64,000 nt of DNA, taken from the IMG/VR virus record IMGVR_UViG_3300037483_000453, positions 64,001 to 128,000 of that record, one strand, 5' to 3'. Both the position numbers and the translations under genes were made by a program. Origin of the DNA: a virus. Shown piece after piece: positions 27,689-38,400 of this stretch (within the stretch, counting starts at the first letter, position 1; every line of letters begins with the position of its first letter). Under the pieces are notes generated by a model. The model was not told the origin of the DNA. It saw only the letters and a list, made by a program, of their open reading frames with translations, and ran no database searches.

Positions 27689-28711
27689 ATGAGTAATGGA
27701 TCAGGATTGTTTGGGGACCAAGGCCCGATGAAGCCTCACCTGGTCCGTGGTAGCGGTGGTGTAGCAGGGGAGATCTCGGACCTTCGTGGGGACATTGGGC
27801 GCACCGTTGCTCCCATGGCGGCCATCACTGTGGACGAGTTCACCAACCCTGCTCAGCTTGCGGCAACAGCTGTAGATGCTGTTCTGGCTGCAACGGCCAC
27901 GGTGGCTGCGCCTGTTGCAGTACTGGCTGCTGGCATGATTGCTGCTGGTCTCGCTCGATTGAGTGTGTGGCCTCGGCCTCTGGTGTTCACTACAGCGGGT
28001 GTCACGGAGGCAGACGCACCAGCGACGGTTTTGGTCACCGGCACGGACCCTTACGGGGCTGCTCAGACTGAGACCCTGGCCTTGGCACAGACGGCAGCAG
28101 ATGCCACGACTGTGAAAGCATGGGGCAGTGTTACCCGTGTGGACTATCCCGCTGCGGATGGTACGGATGCCACGGTTGCCATTGGCCTTGGTGCCACCTA
28201 TGTGAAGGCGGCTACGGCTACAGTGGCGGCTGCGGTTGAGCTTGGCCCGACTGACCTCATTCAGACAGATCTGGCGAACAACCCTCGAGCTCTTGTCTTC
28301 ACCACCGCAGGAGCGACAGAGGCGGATGCTCCCGCCACTGCGACCATCGTGGGTGAGGATGCACAGGGTAAGAGGATCACCGAGGTCCTTGCCCTTGCAC
28401 AGACCGCCACGACTGCCACGACCGTCAACTTCTACAGCGAGATTATCAGCATCTCGTACCCTGCGGCTGATGGCACGGATGCCACCATTGCGATTACCCT
28501 ATCTGCGGAACTTGGCCTCAGCAGGAGCATTGCTGAGCGTGCCGGTTTGGTGGGAGCCATCAGGGAAATTGCCGCTGGGTCTCTGGTCACAAACGGCACA
28601 CTCCTGGCCCCAACGACCACCGACAAGCCCTACGGGTCGTATGCTCCGAACACGGCGGTGAACGACACCAACGACTACGCCATCTACTACGAGTACAGCC
28701 CACAAGCGTAG
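27689..28711 (+). CDS. Ala/Thr-rich surface/decoration protein with duplicated 104-aa domain
   Basis: PR(P/A)LVFTTAG.TEADAPAT...YPAADGTDAT occurs twice, 312 nt apart (27971, 28283). Confidence 0.65.
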   Translation: MSNGSGLFGDQGPMKPHLVRGSGGVAGEISDLRGDIGRTVAPMAAITVDEFTNPAQLAATAVDAVLAATATVAAPVAVLAAGMIAAGLARLSVWPRPLVFTTAGVTEADAPATVLVTGTDPYGAAQTETLALAQTAADATTVKAWGSVTRVDYPAADGTDATVAIGLGATYVKAATATVAAAVELGPTDLIQTDLANNPRALVFTTAGATEADAPATATIVGEDAQGKRITEVLALAQTATTATTVNFYSEIISISYPAADGTDATIAITLSAELGLSRSIAERAGLVGAIREIAAGSLVTNGTLLAPTTTDKPYGSYAPNTAVNDTNDYAIYYEYSPQA

Positions 28712-28737
28712 GCTACGAACAGCCTGGAGGAGCAACG

Positions 28738-29355
28738 ATGGCTTCAGAAGAACCGGTCTATAGGATTCACAGCTTGGTGCGGAAGGTGCAAACCCGCAAC
28801 CACCGTCAGAAGGCTGCGGGTAAGCATCGCTTTGTACAGCGCTTCGGGGGTGGCGACATCACCATTCGTCGCGCTAGGCCAGCCACGGTCACTAGGAGCA
28901 AACTCGAGAAGCATCTCGTGGAGATCAAGCGGGCTGTGCTTGAAGGGCGCGTTGTGGTCAAAACGGTCACCCATGAGGTAATCGATTTGGACACAATGTC
29001 CAGGGCGCCCGTGCCCAGTAGGACGAGCCCCACTCCTCAACCCCTACAGGACTCAGCTGTCAACGATAAAACCTACGGGGGTGGCGTCGGTGAACACAAG
29101 CCTATGTACCCAGATGGCAAAGCACAGACCGAGAAGGCTGATGCTCCGTCGGTTAGTTTACCCATGACTGCCGCCGACCATGCCCCAGTGAGGGGCGCAG
29201 GAGACCCGGCCAAGATTCGTGCTGCAGAGGGAGCTAAGGCAGAGGCAGCACCCGACGCTTCAGACGATCTTGAGCCCATGGCGGACGAAGTTCAGCCCAT
29301 GACCAAGGCAGAGAAGAAGGCGGCCAAGAAGGCTGCTAAGGACTCGGGACAGTGA
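28738..29355 (+). CDS. Hypothetical protein, basic N-domain and disordered tail
   Basis: 205 aa with GGAGGAG RBS. Confidence 0.6.
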   Translation: MASEEPVYRIHSLVRKVQTRNHRQKAAGKHRFVQRFGGGDITIRRARPATVTRSKLEKHLVEIKRAVLEGRVVVKTVTHEVIDLDTMSRAPVPSRTSPTPQPLQDSAVNDKTYGGGVGEHKPMYPDGKAQTEKADAPSVSLPMTAADHAPVRGAGDPAKIRAAEGAKAEAAPDASDDLEPMADEVQPMTKAEKKAAKKAAKDSGQ

Positions 29356-29756
29356 GGGTACACAACCTCACTGACGTACCAACCCAGGCGCTCAAGTGGG
29401 CTGGATTGGTCTGCGTTGCGCTCCGGGTGGGCGACACTATTGTTAGACCCGGCGAGAGTGAGGTTGTGCCTGCCCTAGGTACCGGCGCTGACCGGTATAT
29501 TCGGGTGGGGGCTCTTCATGTTGGGGACGATCCACCCAAGGGGTACACGCCAATCAAAAGGGTAGAGGCACCCCGACGTGTAACCCTTGAGGTTGACTCA
29601 CATGCGGCAGTGTCCAATGGCGCGACTGTGGTGCTTACCGGGGTCTCTGATTCTGATGTCAACATGCCTGATGCGCACCTGGAGACCAAAGCTGAACGAA
29701 AACGACGTATTAGGGCAGAGAAGCAGATAGAGAGCGGAGATAGCGAGGAACGGTAG
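29352..29756 (+). CDS. Hypothetical protein
   Basis: 134 aa, GTGA overlap. Confidence 0.5.
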   Translation: MRVHNLTDVPTQALKWAGLVCVALRVGDTIVRPGESEVVPALGTGADRYIRVGALHVGDDPPKGYTPIKRVEAPRRVTLEVDSHAAVSNGATVVLTGVSDSDVNMPDAHLETKAERKRRIRAEKQIESGDSEER

Positions 29757-30259
29757 TGGCCCAGCTACAGGGTATCGTAGGCATAACACCCACAATGCAG
29801 GCCTTTGTACAGGTCGTGCGGGACTACATGCGCGACCACGCTGAGCTCAACCGGCTCATTGCCGGGCAGGAGACTAACGACAGGCTGATTGCCTGGGCAG
29901 TGCTTGATGCCCTATCCGTCTTCAATGGGACACCACATCTCACAAACATGTCTCTTGATGACCTACTGCAGCGCAACCAGCATTCCTTGATGCTCAGGCT
30001 TACCGTCATCACTCTCCTTGAATCAGTTGGCCTCCTCCAGACACGCAACCACATCAACTACTCAAATGGGGGCTTGAACGTAGGGGTCAATGACAAGACG
30101 CCGCTCATACTGCAGTGGTTGCAGTACTACCAGGCGTCAACCAAGCAACTGATGTCACAGGTGAAGGTAGCGTTGAACATCGAGGGTATGCTGGGTTCTG
30201 GTGGCTCTGGTGTACATTCAGAACTGTGGGCAATAAATCAGTCTTACCAGGCTTACTGA
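29756..30259 (+). CDS. Putative head-tail adaptor (neck) protein
   Basis: 167-aa helical ORF (VRDYMRDHAELNRL...AVLDALSVFNGTP) downstream of the capsid genes. Confidence 0.55.
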   Translation: MAQLQGIVGITPTMQAFVQVVRDYMRDHAELNRLIAGQETNDRLIAWAVLDALSVFNGTPHLTNMSLDDLLQRNQHSLMLRLTVITLLESVGLLQTRNHINYSNGGLNVGVNDKTPLILQWLQYYQASTKQLMSQVKVALNIEGMLGSGGSGVHSELWAINQSYQAY

Positions 30260-30265
30260 GGGCAT

Positions 30266-30724
30266 ATGGCACTGCGAGTCAAAAAGATTGGTGAGATCGA
30301 AGAGCTCAGCACGCACCTGCGTGGTGGCATCATCGGTGGCCGTGACATCCGGAAGGGCATTGCCGGGAATATCGATGGGAAGACCCTCGATATCTCGGCT
30401 CCCTCAGGCACAGTTACCTTTGCAACCACCCCCTCAGGTGACCAGGTGGGCTTGTCCGCCAAGGATATCCTCACACAGATCAACACCGTTCATGCGGGGC
30501 TAGCGCACATAGATTCTCAAGGGCGCCTGGTCCTCGAGGTCGTAGCAGGAACGACAGCAGTTGCACTCGATGCGACTAGTACAGGGGCCACTCTCTTTGG
30601 ATTCAGTGAAAACGGAGAAACTGGTAAAATCTTCAGTAGGCCCGGTGGGACCGTACCATCACTTGTCAGTATCGGACAGGATGCCCTAGGTGGCGGCACA
30701 TATCTTTTAACCACGGATGAGTGA
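30266..30724 (+). CDS. Hypothetical virion protein (beta-rich)
   Basis: 152 aa; resembles the TVTF...ILTQIN insertion-domain pattern of the sheath. Confidence 0.5.
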   Translation: MALRVKKIGEIEELSTHLRGGIIGGRDIRKGIAGNIDGKTLDISAPSGTVTFATTPSGDQVGLSAKDILTQINTVHAGLAHIDSQGRLVLEVVAGTTAVALDATSTGATLFGFSENGETGKIFSRPGGTVPSLVSIGQDALGGGTYLLTTDE

Positions 30725-30727
30725 CCC

Positions 30728-32266
30728 ATGGCTGATTTTGAACGACAACTGATGGGTGATATCCCTCTCCATGAAGCGGCGAACTTCTTCACGTCCATGA
30801 AGCAGCCCCTGTCTACCGAGGGTGCTCAAGAGAAGTTGGCTGGTGCTGCCTCAGACATGATGGACCAGCTTGCACGTGGTGAGATGCCCGGAGGCAAGGC
30901 GGGCAAGTTCAAGCCAGTTGATGAGATCAAAGACTCCGAGAAGACAGCTGCTACCCTCCGCGAGGTTGAGGACAAAACCACCAAGAAAATGAAATCCCTC
31001 TACCGTGATGCAGGGGTTACACGAGGTGGTACAAAGGGCGGCATTATGGGTGCTGCAGCCGGCGCTGCAACTGGTGCCCTCAAGGGAGGCAAGCGCGGTG
31101 CCCTCAAGGGATTGGCGCTTGGCGGTACCAGTGGTGCTGGTCTGGGTGGGCTTGTTGGAGGTGTGAAGGGTACTCACAAGGGGAGGTATGTTGGTGAGCA
31201 CATCAACTCGATGCGTCGAGGTAGTATCATCAAGTCCCTCAAACTTCAGGCCATGGGGAATCGCCTGAAGCAAGCGGCGGCCAAGCTGGCCTTTGGTGAG
31301 GAGGTCCAGGAGGGTGGGGGGCCTAACATGGAGGGTGGTCAACCGGCTCCAGCACAGCAAGGTGCACCAGGTGAGCCTACCCCTCCAGTATCTACGGGAA
31401 TGGCACCGACCCAGGACCCTGAGGCGGCCAAGCCATCCACAGCCCCCACCATACCGGTAAACTACATGGCATCCGAGCTCATGGCGCACGCGGCCCAAGA
31501 GGCCAACGAGGTGGGCTTTCTACGTGAGCGTCTCAATGCAGCCACTGAACAGAACAACGCCATGCAACAGCAGGTGCAGGAAGCTCAGGCTCAGCTCGAG
31601 CAGCTTCAGGCCGACTCTGCCGCAACAGGCGATCAAATCATGTCGGCCACCAATGAGGCTGTGGCCGCGAGTGACCGGGCGCTGCAGCAGAGCCTGCAAG
31701 CAGCCAGCATGCGCATAGGCATCCAGAAGATGCGGGAGTCAATGTTGCAGCTCGCTTCTCAGGACCCAGAGTCCGTGGGGGCCATTGCCCAGCAAGAACA
31801 AGTCCAGGCTGAACAGCAGATGGCTGGTGCACCTGAACAAGCTGCTAGTCCTGCAGCTGTGGGTGACGAGTCGGCTGTCTCAGGGCCGGAGAGTGGCGCG
31901 CCTGCTGAACCCCCAACGGGCGGTGGTTCTAAGCCCAGCATCAACATCAAGACGGGAGGGGCAGCCCCGGGTGCACTGCCTGGTGCTGTAGCTGGCTTGG
32001 GCTTGGCGGCACTCCAGGGGTACCGCCAAAGTCAGGGAGTCGAAGGGGCTCAACAGAACGTGGATCAGCTTGAGCGGGAACAGACGGGTAGCTTTGGTAA
32101 GGCCCTAGATCTGGCCAAAGCCAAGAAGATCCTTGTCGAAAATGAGTTGGCGCAGGCTCACCCGGTGGCGTCCAACATCAAAAACCTGGTGGGTGGCGCC
32201 CTAGGTGGTGCTGCTGTTGGTACAGCTGTCAAGCGGCTCTATGACACCACACAGAGGGTGCTCTAA
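30728..32266 (+). CDS. Putative internal/ejection protein with glycine-zipper segments and coiled coil
   Basis: GxxxG-rich GGIMGAAAGAATGALKGG...GAGLGGLVGG, a Q/A coiled coil, and KLAG/KTAA/KQAA/KLAF motifs. Confidence 0.6.
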   Translation: MADFERQLMGDIPLHEAANFFTSMKQPLSTEGAQEKLAGAASDMMDQLARGEMPGGKAGKFKPVDEIKDSEKTAATLREVEDKTTKKMKSLYRDAGVTRGGTKGGIMGAAAGAATGALKGGKRGALKGLALGGTSGAGLGGLVGGVKGTHKGRYVGEHINSMRRGSIIKSLKLQAMGNRLKQAAAKLAFGEEVQEGGGPNMEGGQPAPAQQGAPGEPTPPVSTGMAPTQDPEAAKPSTAPTIPVNYMASELMAHAAQEANEVGFLRERLNAATEQNNAMQQQVQEAQAQLEQLQADSAATGDQIMSATNEAVAASDRALQQSLQAASMRIGIQKMRESMLQLASQDPESVGAIAQQEQVQAEQQMAGAPEQAASPAAVGDESAVSGPESGAPAEPPTGGGSKPSINIKTGGAAPGALPGAVAGLGLAALQGYRQSQGVEGAQQNVDQLEREQTGSFGKALDLAKAKKILVENELAQAHPVASNIKNLVGGALGGAAVGTAVKRLYDTTQRVL

Positions 32267-32284
32267 AACTCGCAGGAGACGGTT

Positions 32285-33184
32285 ATGCTGGACTCATTTT
32301 TGAAGGTTGCCTGTACAAACGAAGAGAAGACTGCCGAGCAGGCACGCCTCGTCGAAAAGATGAGGCAGCTACCTGAGGAGTATCTCCAGAAGCTTGCGTC
32401 AGGTGAGGAGAAGTTGGCCTTTGGCTTCGACAAATGCGACGGTGATTGGCTGAGCCGCTTTAAGGGCACACCGCTTTTTGAGCAGGCCATCGAGCTTGAG
32501 AAACAAGACCTGCAAGAGCAGATGGCCGAGCAGGCCCGATGGCGAGAAGACGACCTACTCCGGTCTCAGCGCAACGCTTCTCGCGATGAACTCAGTGTTC
32601 AGAGGAAGATGCTCGAGCTTCAACTGGCTGAAGCTGAGGTTGGCGGCGGTGGGGAAGAGGAACTGCAGCCAGAGGCAAGCGAGCCACTGCCTCAAGAACC
32701 AAGTGTGCAGGAGCCACCCGTATCGATACCTGTGGAAGAACCTGCAGAAGAAGCCGCAGGGCAGCCTCAGCCTGTGCAACAGCCTGCGCAGAACAACAAA
32801 CCCACGGTTGATGTAAAGGTGGCCGCAGCTCATATGCGCTCGTCACTGGCTCTGCAGAACCTAGTAGGGAAGGAAGACCCGATGAAGACGGCCGAGGAGC
32901 GCTTTTTAAAGCACGCCATAGGCCTCGGTATGCTGGCCAAGGGTGTCGGTGCCGCTGGTAAGAGTATCCTCGGAGCTGGTACCCAGGCTGCCAAGGCCAC
33001 CAAGGGCTTTGGTGGTTCGGGTGCACAGGCTGCCAAGATGGGCTTGGGTGCTGCCAAGGGTCAAGCAGGCAAGGTTCTACCTACAGTGGGCCGGGCAGCC
33101 AAGAGCTATGTGAAGTCCAATCCTATGCAGGCAGCTGGCATCGCAGGGGCGGCTGGCTTGGGAACGGGCTACGCATTGGGCTGA
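32285..33184 (+). CDS. Putative internal virion protein with C-terminal Gly/Ala/Lys amphipathic segment
   Basis: Leader MLDSFLKVA; 7 K-x-A motifs; C-terminal GLGMLAKGVGAAGK...GAAGLGTGYALG. Confidence 0.6.
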   Translation: MLDSFLKVACTNEEKTAEQARLVEKMRQLPEEYLQKLASGEEKLAFGFDKCDGDWLSRFKGTPLFEQAIELEKQDLQEQMAEQARWREDDLLRSQRNASRDELSVQRKMLELQLAEAEVGGGGEEELQPEASEPLPQEPSVQEPPVSIPVEEPAEEAAGQPQPVQQPAQNNKPTVDVKVAAAHMRSSLALQNLVGKEDPMKTAEERFLKHAIGLGMLAKGVGAAGKSILGAGTQAAKATKGFGGSGAQAAKMGLGAAKGQAGKVLPTVGRAAKSYVKSNPMQAAGIAGAAGLGTGYALG

Positions 33185-33185
33185 C

Positions 33186-34094
33186 ATGCCAGTTAACATC
33201 GATGTTCAACGACTGCGGGTGAGATCTCTCGATGTGGACTTTCATGAGATTTCTTGGGAACTCGCGTCAACGACAGAAGATGTTTTTGACTACACCTTTC
33301 AACTAACTCGGTCTGAAGGTCCCGAGGGCCCATATGAGCCCGTTACCCCAGAGCTCGAGGACAGCTACCTGTTCATCGACAACTTCATTCGACGTGACCA
33401 TGCGTATCGGAAGTTGTTCTATCGCATCCTTGTCAAGCACAAGGCGAGTGGTGACACCAAAGAATGGGGCCCTGTCACGCAGGAGGCAGAGGCAGACCTC
33501 ATAGCTACTGAGATCCGGAAGCACATGAACATCTTGTTCCGGGAGTTCGCTGGCCGTAGGTGCTGGGCGCTCCCTGCGCGTACCTTTGGGCAACGCTGTG
33601 CTGCTTGCTGGAATCCGACGCTACAAAAACGGAGGCACAGTGGTTGTGTCACATGCTATGACACAGGCTATACGCGGGGGTTCCACAGCCCCATAGAAGC
33701 GTGGGTGCAGTTCGATACGAATGCGAAGGCCGAACAGAACATGTCGGTAGGCCCCACCCAGCAGTCAAACACAACTGCGCGCCTTGGGTACTACCCACCT
33801 CTTAAGCCACGTGACATCATCATTGAAGGTGAGAACCGACGCTGGCGTGTGGTGCAAGTGAACATGACCGAGCAGCTACGGTCTACAATCCATCAAGAAG
33901 TTCAGCTGCATGAAATCCCCAAGTCTGACATCGAGTACAAGGTTAGCCTGGACTTGGGTACTGCCCTGAAGGATATGTGGCTGTCTCCTGCACGTAACTT
34001 CACCAACCCTCACAATCTGGGCAACTTCAAGAATGAAGAGATCCCAGACACCTTTGCAATCTACCCAACGTCTTACCCACCACGCAGAACATGA
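33186..34094 (+). CDS. Putative neck/head-closure protein with FN3-like N-domain and Cys4 zinc module
   Basis: CAACW...CVTCYDTGY and LKPRDIII...RWRVVQV, resembling head-tail joining proteins; positioned before the terminator and sheath genes. Confidence 0.55.
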   Translation: MPVNIDVQRLRVRSLDVDFHEISWELASTTEDVFDYTFQLTRSEGPEGPYEPVTPELEDSYLFIDNFIRRDHAYRKLFYRILVKHKASGDTKEWGPVTQEAEADLIATEIRKHMNILFREFAGRRCWALPARTFGQRCAACWNPTLQKRRHSGCVTCYDTGYTRGFHSPIEAWVQFDTNAKAEQNMSVGPTQQSNTTARLGYYPPLKPRDIIIEGENRRWRVVQVNMTEQLRSTIHQEVQLHEIPKSDIEYKVSLDLGTALKDMWLSPARNFTNPHNLGNFKNEEIPDTFAIYPTSYPPRRT

Positions 34095-34543
34095 AACTCA
34101 GTATCGAAATAGCGTGTGTTGGGCACATTGCCGACATGATAAAGCGGGCTCAACCAGGGTCTGCTGAGGTACCTACCGGTCCGAAAGAGCCGGACTACGC
34201 TCAGGTGCTGAAGAACATCGCCAAGCGTAAGGCCCTTGTGACGGCTAAGGAGGTTGGCGCCATCACACTGCCTATGGCTGCTGGCCTGGGGGCAGGTATG
34301 GGTTATGAGAAGTTCATGAAGAGCCGGGGGCGTAGCCCAGGTCCAGGTGCTCGCAAGATTATGGCTTTTGGGGCTCTCCCAATGGTTGGTTTTACTGCCG
34401 CAGCCGCCTACCGGGGTGCCAAAGACCTCAAGGAGAACGAGTTTACCAGGATTCGCGATGAAGAGATGGGTAAGTATGACCAGGCTATGCGCGACTACAA
34501 AGCCCAGTTGCAGCGCCGTCCTGATCCCGAGGGCCTGCCGTGA
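34091..34543 (+). CDS. Hypothetical protein with two hydrophobic Gly/Ala segments
   Basis: 150 aa, ATGA overlap. Confidence 0.55.
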   Translation: MKLSIEIACVGHIADMIKRAQPGSAEVPTGPKEPDYAQVLKNIAKRKALVTAKEVGAITLPMAAGLGAGMGYEKFMKSRGRSPGPGARKIMAFGALPMVGFTAAAAYRGAKDLKENEFTRIRDEEMGKYDQAMRDYKAQLQRRPDPEGLP

Positions 34544-35451
34544 GCTCAAGCATCAATGAGACAAGTAGCCGGGGGTTTGAGGGCAGTAGCTTTCGCCATA
34601 CGCCACTCGAGCAGGTTCGCACACTTGTCATTAGCTTTGTGCAGGGACTCTTCAATGGGTCACCAGTGGGTAGCTACCACTTTGAGTTCGATGAGGAGAA
34701 CACAGAGATCATCATTCGTGATGAGAACCCCATCAACGTGGAACAAATCGGGCAACGGCCAGCCGTTAACTTCACGATGGGACAAGTCAGCTTCTACAAC
34801 GTCGGCATGGACGACCTGATTGACTACGACTTTTCTATCGCCAAGAAGACCAAGGGAGTTTTGGTTCCCGGAACCATCAGTGTCAACGTAAGTTCTCGTT
34901 CGGATATCGAGGCCCATAACTTGGCCTGGGTTATTGGAGAACACATCTGGCTGCTACGTGAACTTCTGCTTAGGCAGGGATTCTTTGAGATTGGTCGTGG
35001 CATCAATATTACCCCCCCTACAGCTGCGGGTAGTATTGTGTCAGGAGACCAATCCGATGAGTGGGTTGTCTCCACCATCAGTGTGCCGTGGCAGTTTGCT
35101 CGCAAGTCCGCATTTACTCCGCTAGGCCAGAAGATTGTTGACAATATTGTGGCCTTTGTAGACGTGAACCCTGCGAAGCGAGTCGAGTCAGCAGGCTGGC
35201 CATACCACCCAAGCGGGATGCCCTATAGCATCCAAGAGTGCTTTCCACCGTCATTTGCACCCTTGGCTTCTGATGTGGGCAGTAGGGATAGATCACTGCC
35301 ACTTGTGCCACACCCACTGAACCCATCGAAAACAGTAACCATCAGAACTGTTCGTCCATACCGCGCAGGTTTGCGAATGTCTTCGGCTGGAAGAGCACCG
35401 GCGCTTCCCATAGATGGCCGCTGCGTGGAAGAATCTGAAGTCGCTACGTGA
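34540..35451 (+). CDS. Putative tail terminator/completion protein
   Basis: 303 aa directly upstream of the sheath; ISVNVSSRSDIEAHNLAWVIGEHI pattern resembles the gp15/gpU-like fold. Confidence 0.55.
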   Translation: MSSSINETSSRGFEGSSFRHTPLEQVRTLVISFVQGLFNGSPVGSYHFEFDEENTEIIIRDENPINVEQIGQRPAVNFTMGQVSFYNVGMDDLIDYDFSIAKKTKGVLVPGTISVNVSSRSDIEAHNLAWVIGEHIWLLRELLLRQGFFEIGRGINITPPTAAGSIVSGDQSDEWVVSTISVPWQFARKSAFTPLGQKIVDNIVAFVDVNPAKRVESAGWPYHPSGMPYSIQECFPPSFAPLASDVGSRDRSLPLVPHPLNPSKTVTIRTVRPYRAGLRMSSAGRAPALPIDGRCVEESEVAT

Positions 35452-35466
35452 TGAAAGGGGCCCGAG

Positions 35467-38400
35467 ATGGCTGCTGAGCTTCCACAACCCGGGGTTGAGA
35501 TTATCCAGGAGTTTCGTTCGGTTACCCCGACGATTCTCACTCCTACTCTTGTCCCCTGCACCATCGGCGTCGCAAAGCAGATCGTGGACCTTCTGGTCGA
35601 CGACGGTTCTGGCTCATCGTCGCTGAATACTGACGCAATTGTCTCGATGCCCGGCTCTATCGTGTCTCTGCCAGGCGCTGGGGACCCGGTCGTCTATGGC
35701 GGCCTAGATGGGCTAACCCTTGCGGTGTCCATCAATAATGGGCCAGCGGTGAGCACGGTGTTTGCAGATCCTACTGCATCTGGACTCACGCCAGCTACTA
35801 TCGTCTCTCAAATCTCGGCTGCATTCACTGCTGCAGGAGTGACCGCGGCACTCGTTGAAGTGGTCGGTGACACCACCTGGCAGATGCGCACCGTGGGTGT
35901 AGGAGAGTTCCAGTTCATCGACGTTGCCTCTACCACAGGTGCTGCAGTTGCCAGCGCCTTTGGTATCGGCATTGGCAGGCGCTACCAGGGCATCAGCAAC
36001 TACAACAACCTCATCGTAGTAGTTCCTCAGGCTGCTTTTCCTGACCCGCGAGGTAACCTCGACGAGCTAGCCATTGAGAATAGTACTATCCAGGTTTTCG
36101 TTGGCGTGGGTAACGGTGGCTTCCGTGAGGCACTTAGGGATTCAGCATTCCTTAGCAACGGCTCAGCGCAAGTCCCTGCAGTGACCACCGAAGGCACCGT
36201 CGATTTGGTGCTAGCTTTTCCGGCTATTACAACGGAGACACTCGAGGTCAAAGTTAACGGTGGCGCCACCCAGACTGTGACGTTCTCTACTCCTGCGAAC
36301 GCAGCAGCGGTGCTTTCTCAGATTACCGGCCAGGTCACCGGCCTAGTCCCAACGCTCGGCACGGGTACCCCTGATGGGTTGGTACTGACAAGCGTTGTTT
36401 TGGGTGCTGCTGCGAGCATTGAGATTGTGGGTGGTACCGCCTTGACTCCGCTTGGCCTGATCGCAGAGACCGTGGTGGGTACATCTCTTGAAGCTATCGA
36501 TGATGGCAATGGTGACGCGGTTACCAGCCTGGTGCGCTTCGAGGGAGCAGACTTCACCGCTGCCCCAACGGCAGCGGTGGTTACCGGTTCTGGCGGCACC
36601 TTTGTGTTGGTCACCGGTGGTACGCTGATTGTGAGCGATGGTAACCAGATTCAAACCATCACACTTGTGGCCGGGGACGCACTGGCGGCTGTTGTTACCA
36701 AGATCAATGCTGTCATGGGGGCTGGTGCTGGCGGCCGATTGGTTGCAGCAGATGCTGGCGGTGAGCTTGAGCTGACTCACACCATCTTGGGTACCGACTC
36801 CTACATCGACATTCGTGGTGGCACGGCTGTGACCGAGCTTGGGCTGACCGTGGGTGTTACCTACGGCCCTACCCCTTCACTACCCAAGCCCGGCGACGAG
36901 CTGTGGATAGACGGTATCTTCCTTGGAGAGGTTTCCGAGGTGGCACCGGGTGGCGACGTGGACGTGCTGAGAGTCTCTGTTCAGAGCACCATTACGGCCA
37001 ACCTGGGAACCTACTATCACTTGGTTGCCAAGCGCTTGGATGGGCTTGATCCTTTGCGCCCGGCAGCCGACCTCATCGTGGACGGTAATGGTAACGCAGT
37101 TCTCAAGCACGAGCAGCTGCGCAACACGCCCCAGGGCGACGCTATTACGGCAACTGGTCCGATCTACCTCTCGTATGTTGCTGTCCGTAAAGACGTCACT
37201 TCAAGTGCGAAGCAGCCAGGTCTACTTCGTTTTGATGATACGACGCAGCTTGAGGCAGCCTTGTCGCCCATCAATGCCGAGAACCCCTTGGCTCTAGGCT
37301 TGTTTTTCTCGTTGCTCGGTGCTCCGGGTATCCAGTGTACCGGGCTTGGTGTTGATGCGGTGAGTGCCGACTCTCCCTTTGGTACGGTGGAGGCATTCAC
37401 GCGGGCTGCCGAGTATCTCGAGGGTTACGAGGTCTACGCGCTAGCGCCGCTGTCTCATGAAGAGACTGTTCACCAGGTCTTTGCGTCACACGTCTCTGCC
37501 CTCAGTTCTCCTGAACTCAAGGGCGAGCGTGTGGTTCTCGTCAACCCGTCGGTCCCCACCTACCGTGTGGATACCTTGGTCGCTTCGGGGACCGACGGGG
37601 CTACCGTGGGCCCAACAGGGCTGTCTTTTGATACCAAGGTGGCCAACCTCAGCGCGCTTATTCAAGCACAAGGGATTAGCCCTGTTGGCACCATCCCAGC
37701 TAGCAAGAACCTGTTCCTTGATATTGGTAGTGACGCAAAGCACTACTCCATAGCGACGGTGACAGGCTCTATCGTGGGCCTCCGGGTCACTTTCGCCTCG
37801 GGCGAGAATGACGATGCATATTTCTCCACCACAGATCTCAATGACCCACCATTGGGTGCAGCTCTTGTAGATGAGGCGTTCTCGATCAAGGTGCGTGGGT
37901 TGCCTCTGCAGACGGCGGCAGGCAAAGACTTTACGGGTATCGCGGAAACTGTGGCGGCCGTCGGTAGGAGTTATAGCAACCGCCGTCTATGGATGACTTT
38001 TCCAGATCAGTGTGCTGCGTCCATTGGGGGCATTGAGCAGATCATCGATGGGTTCTACATCAACGCGGCTGTAGCCGGGATGATCGGCCAGAACCCGCCC
38101 CAGCAGTCATTCACCAACTTTCCAATCCCAGGCTTCACCCGGGTTTTGGGATCGAATGATACCTTCAATGCAAGCCAGCTGAATATCATGGCTGGTGGTG
38201 GTAGCTGGATCTATGTACAGGAGGCTCAAGGAGCCCCCTTGCTTTCACGGATGGCACTAACTACCGACCTGACATCCATTGAGACTCGAACTGACTCCAT
38301 TACCAAGGTGGTGGACTACGCGGCGAAGTTCATGCGTGCGTCGCTACGTAACTTCATCGGTCGATTCAACATTACCCAGGGCTTCTTGGACTCGCTTGGG

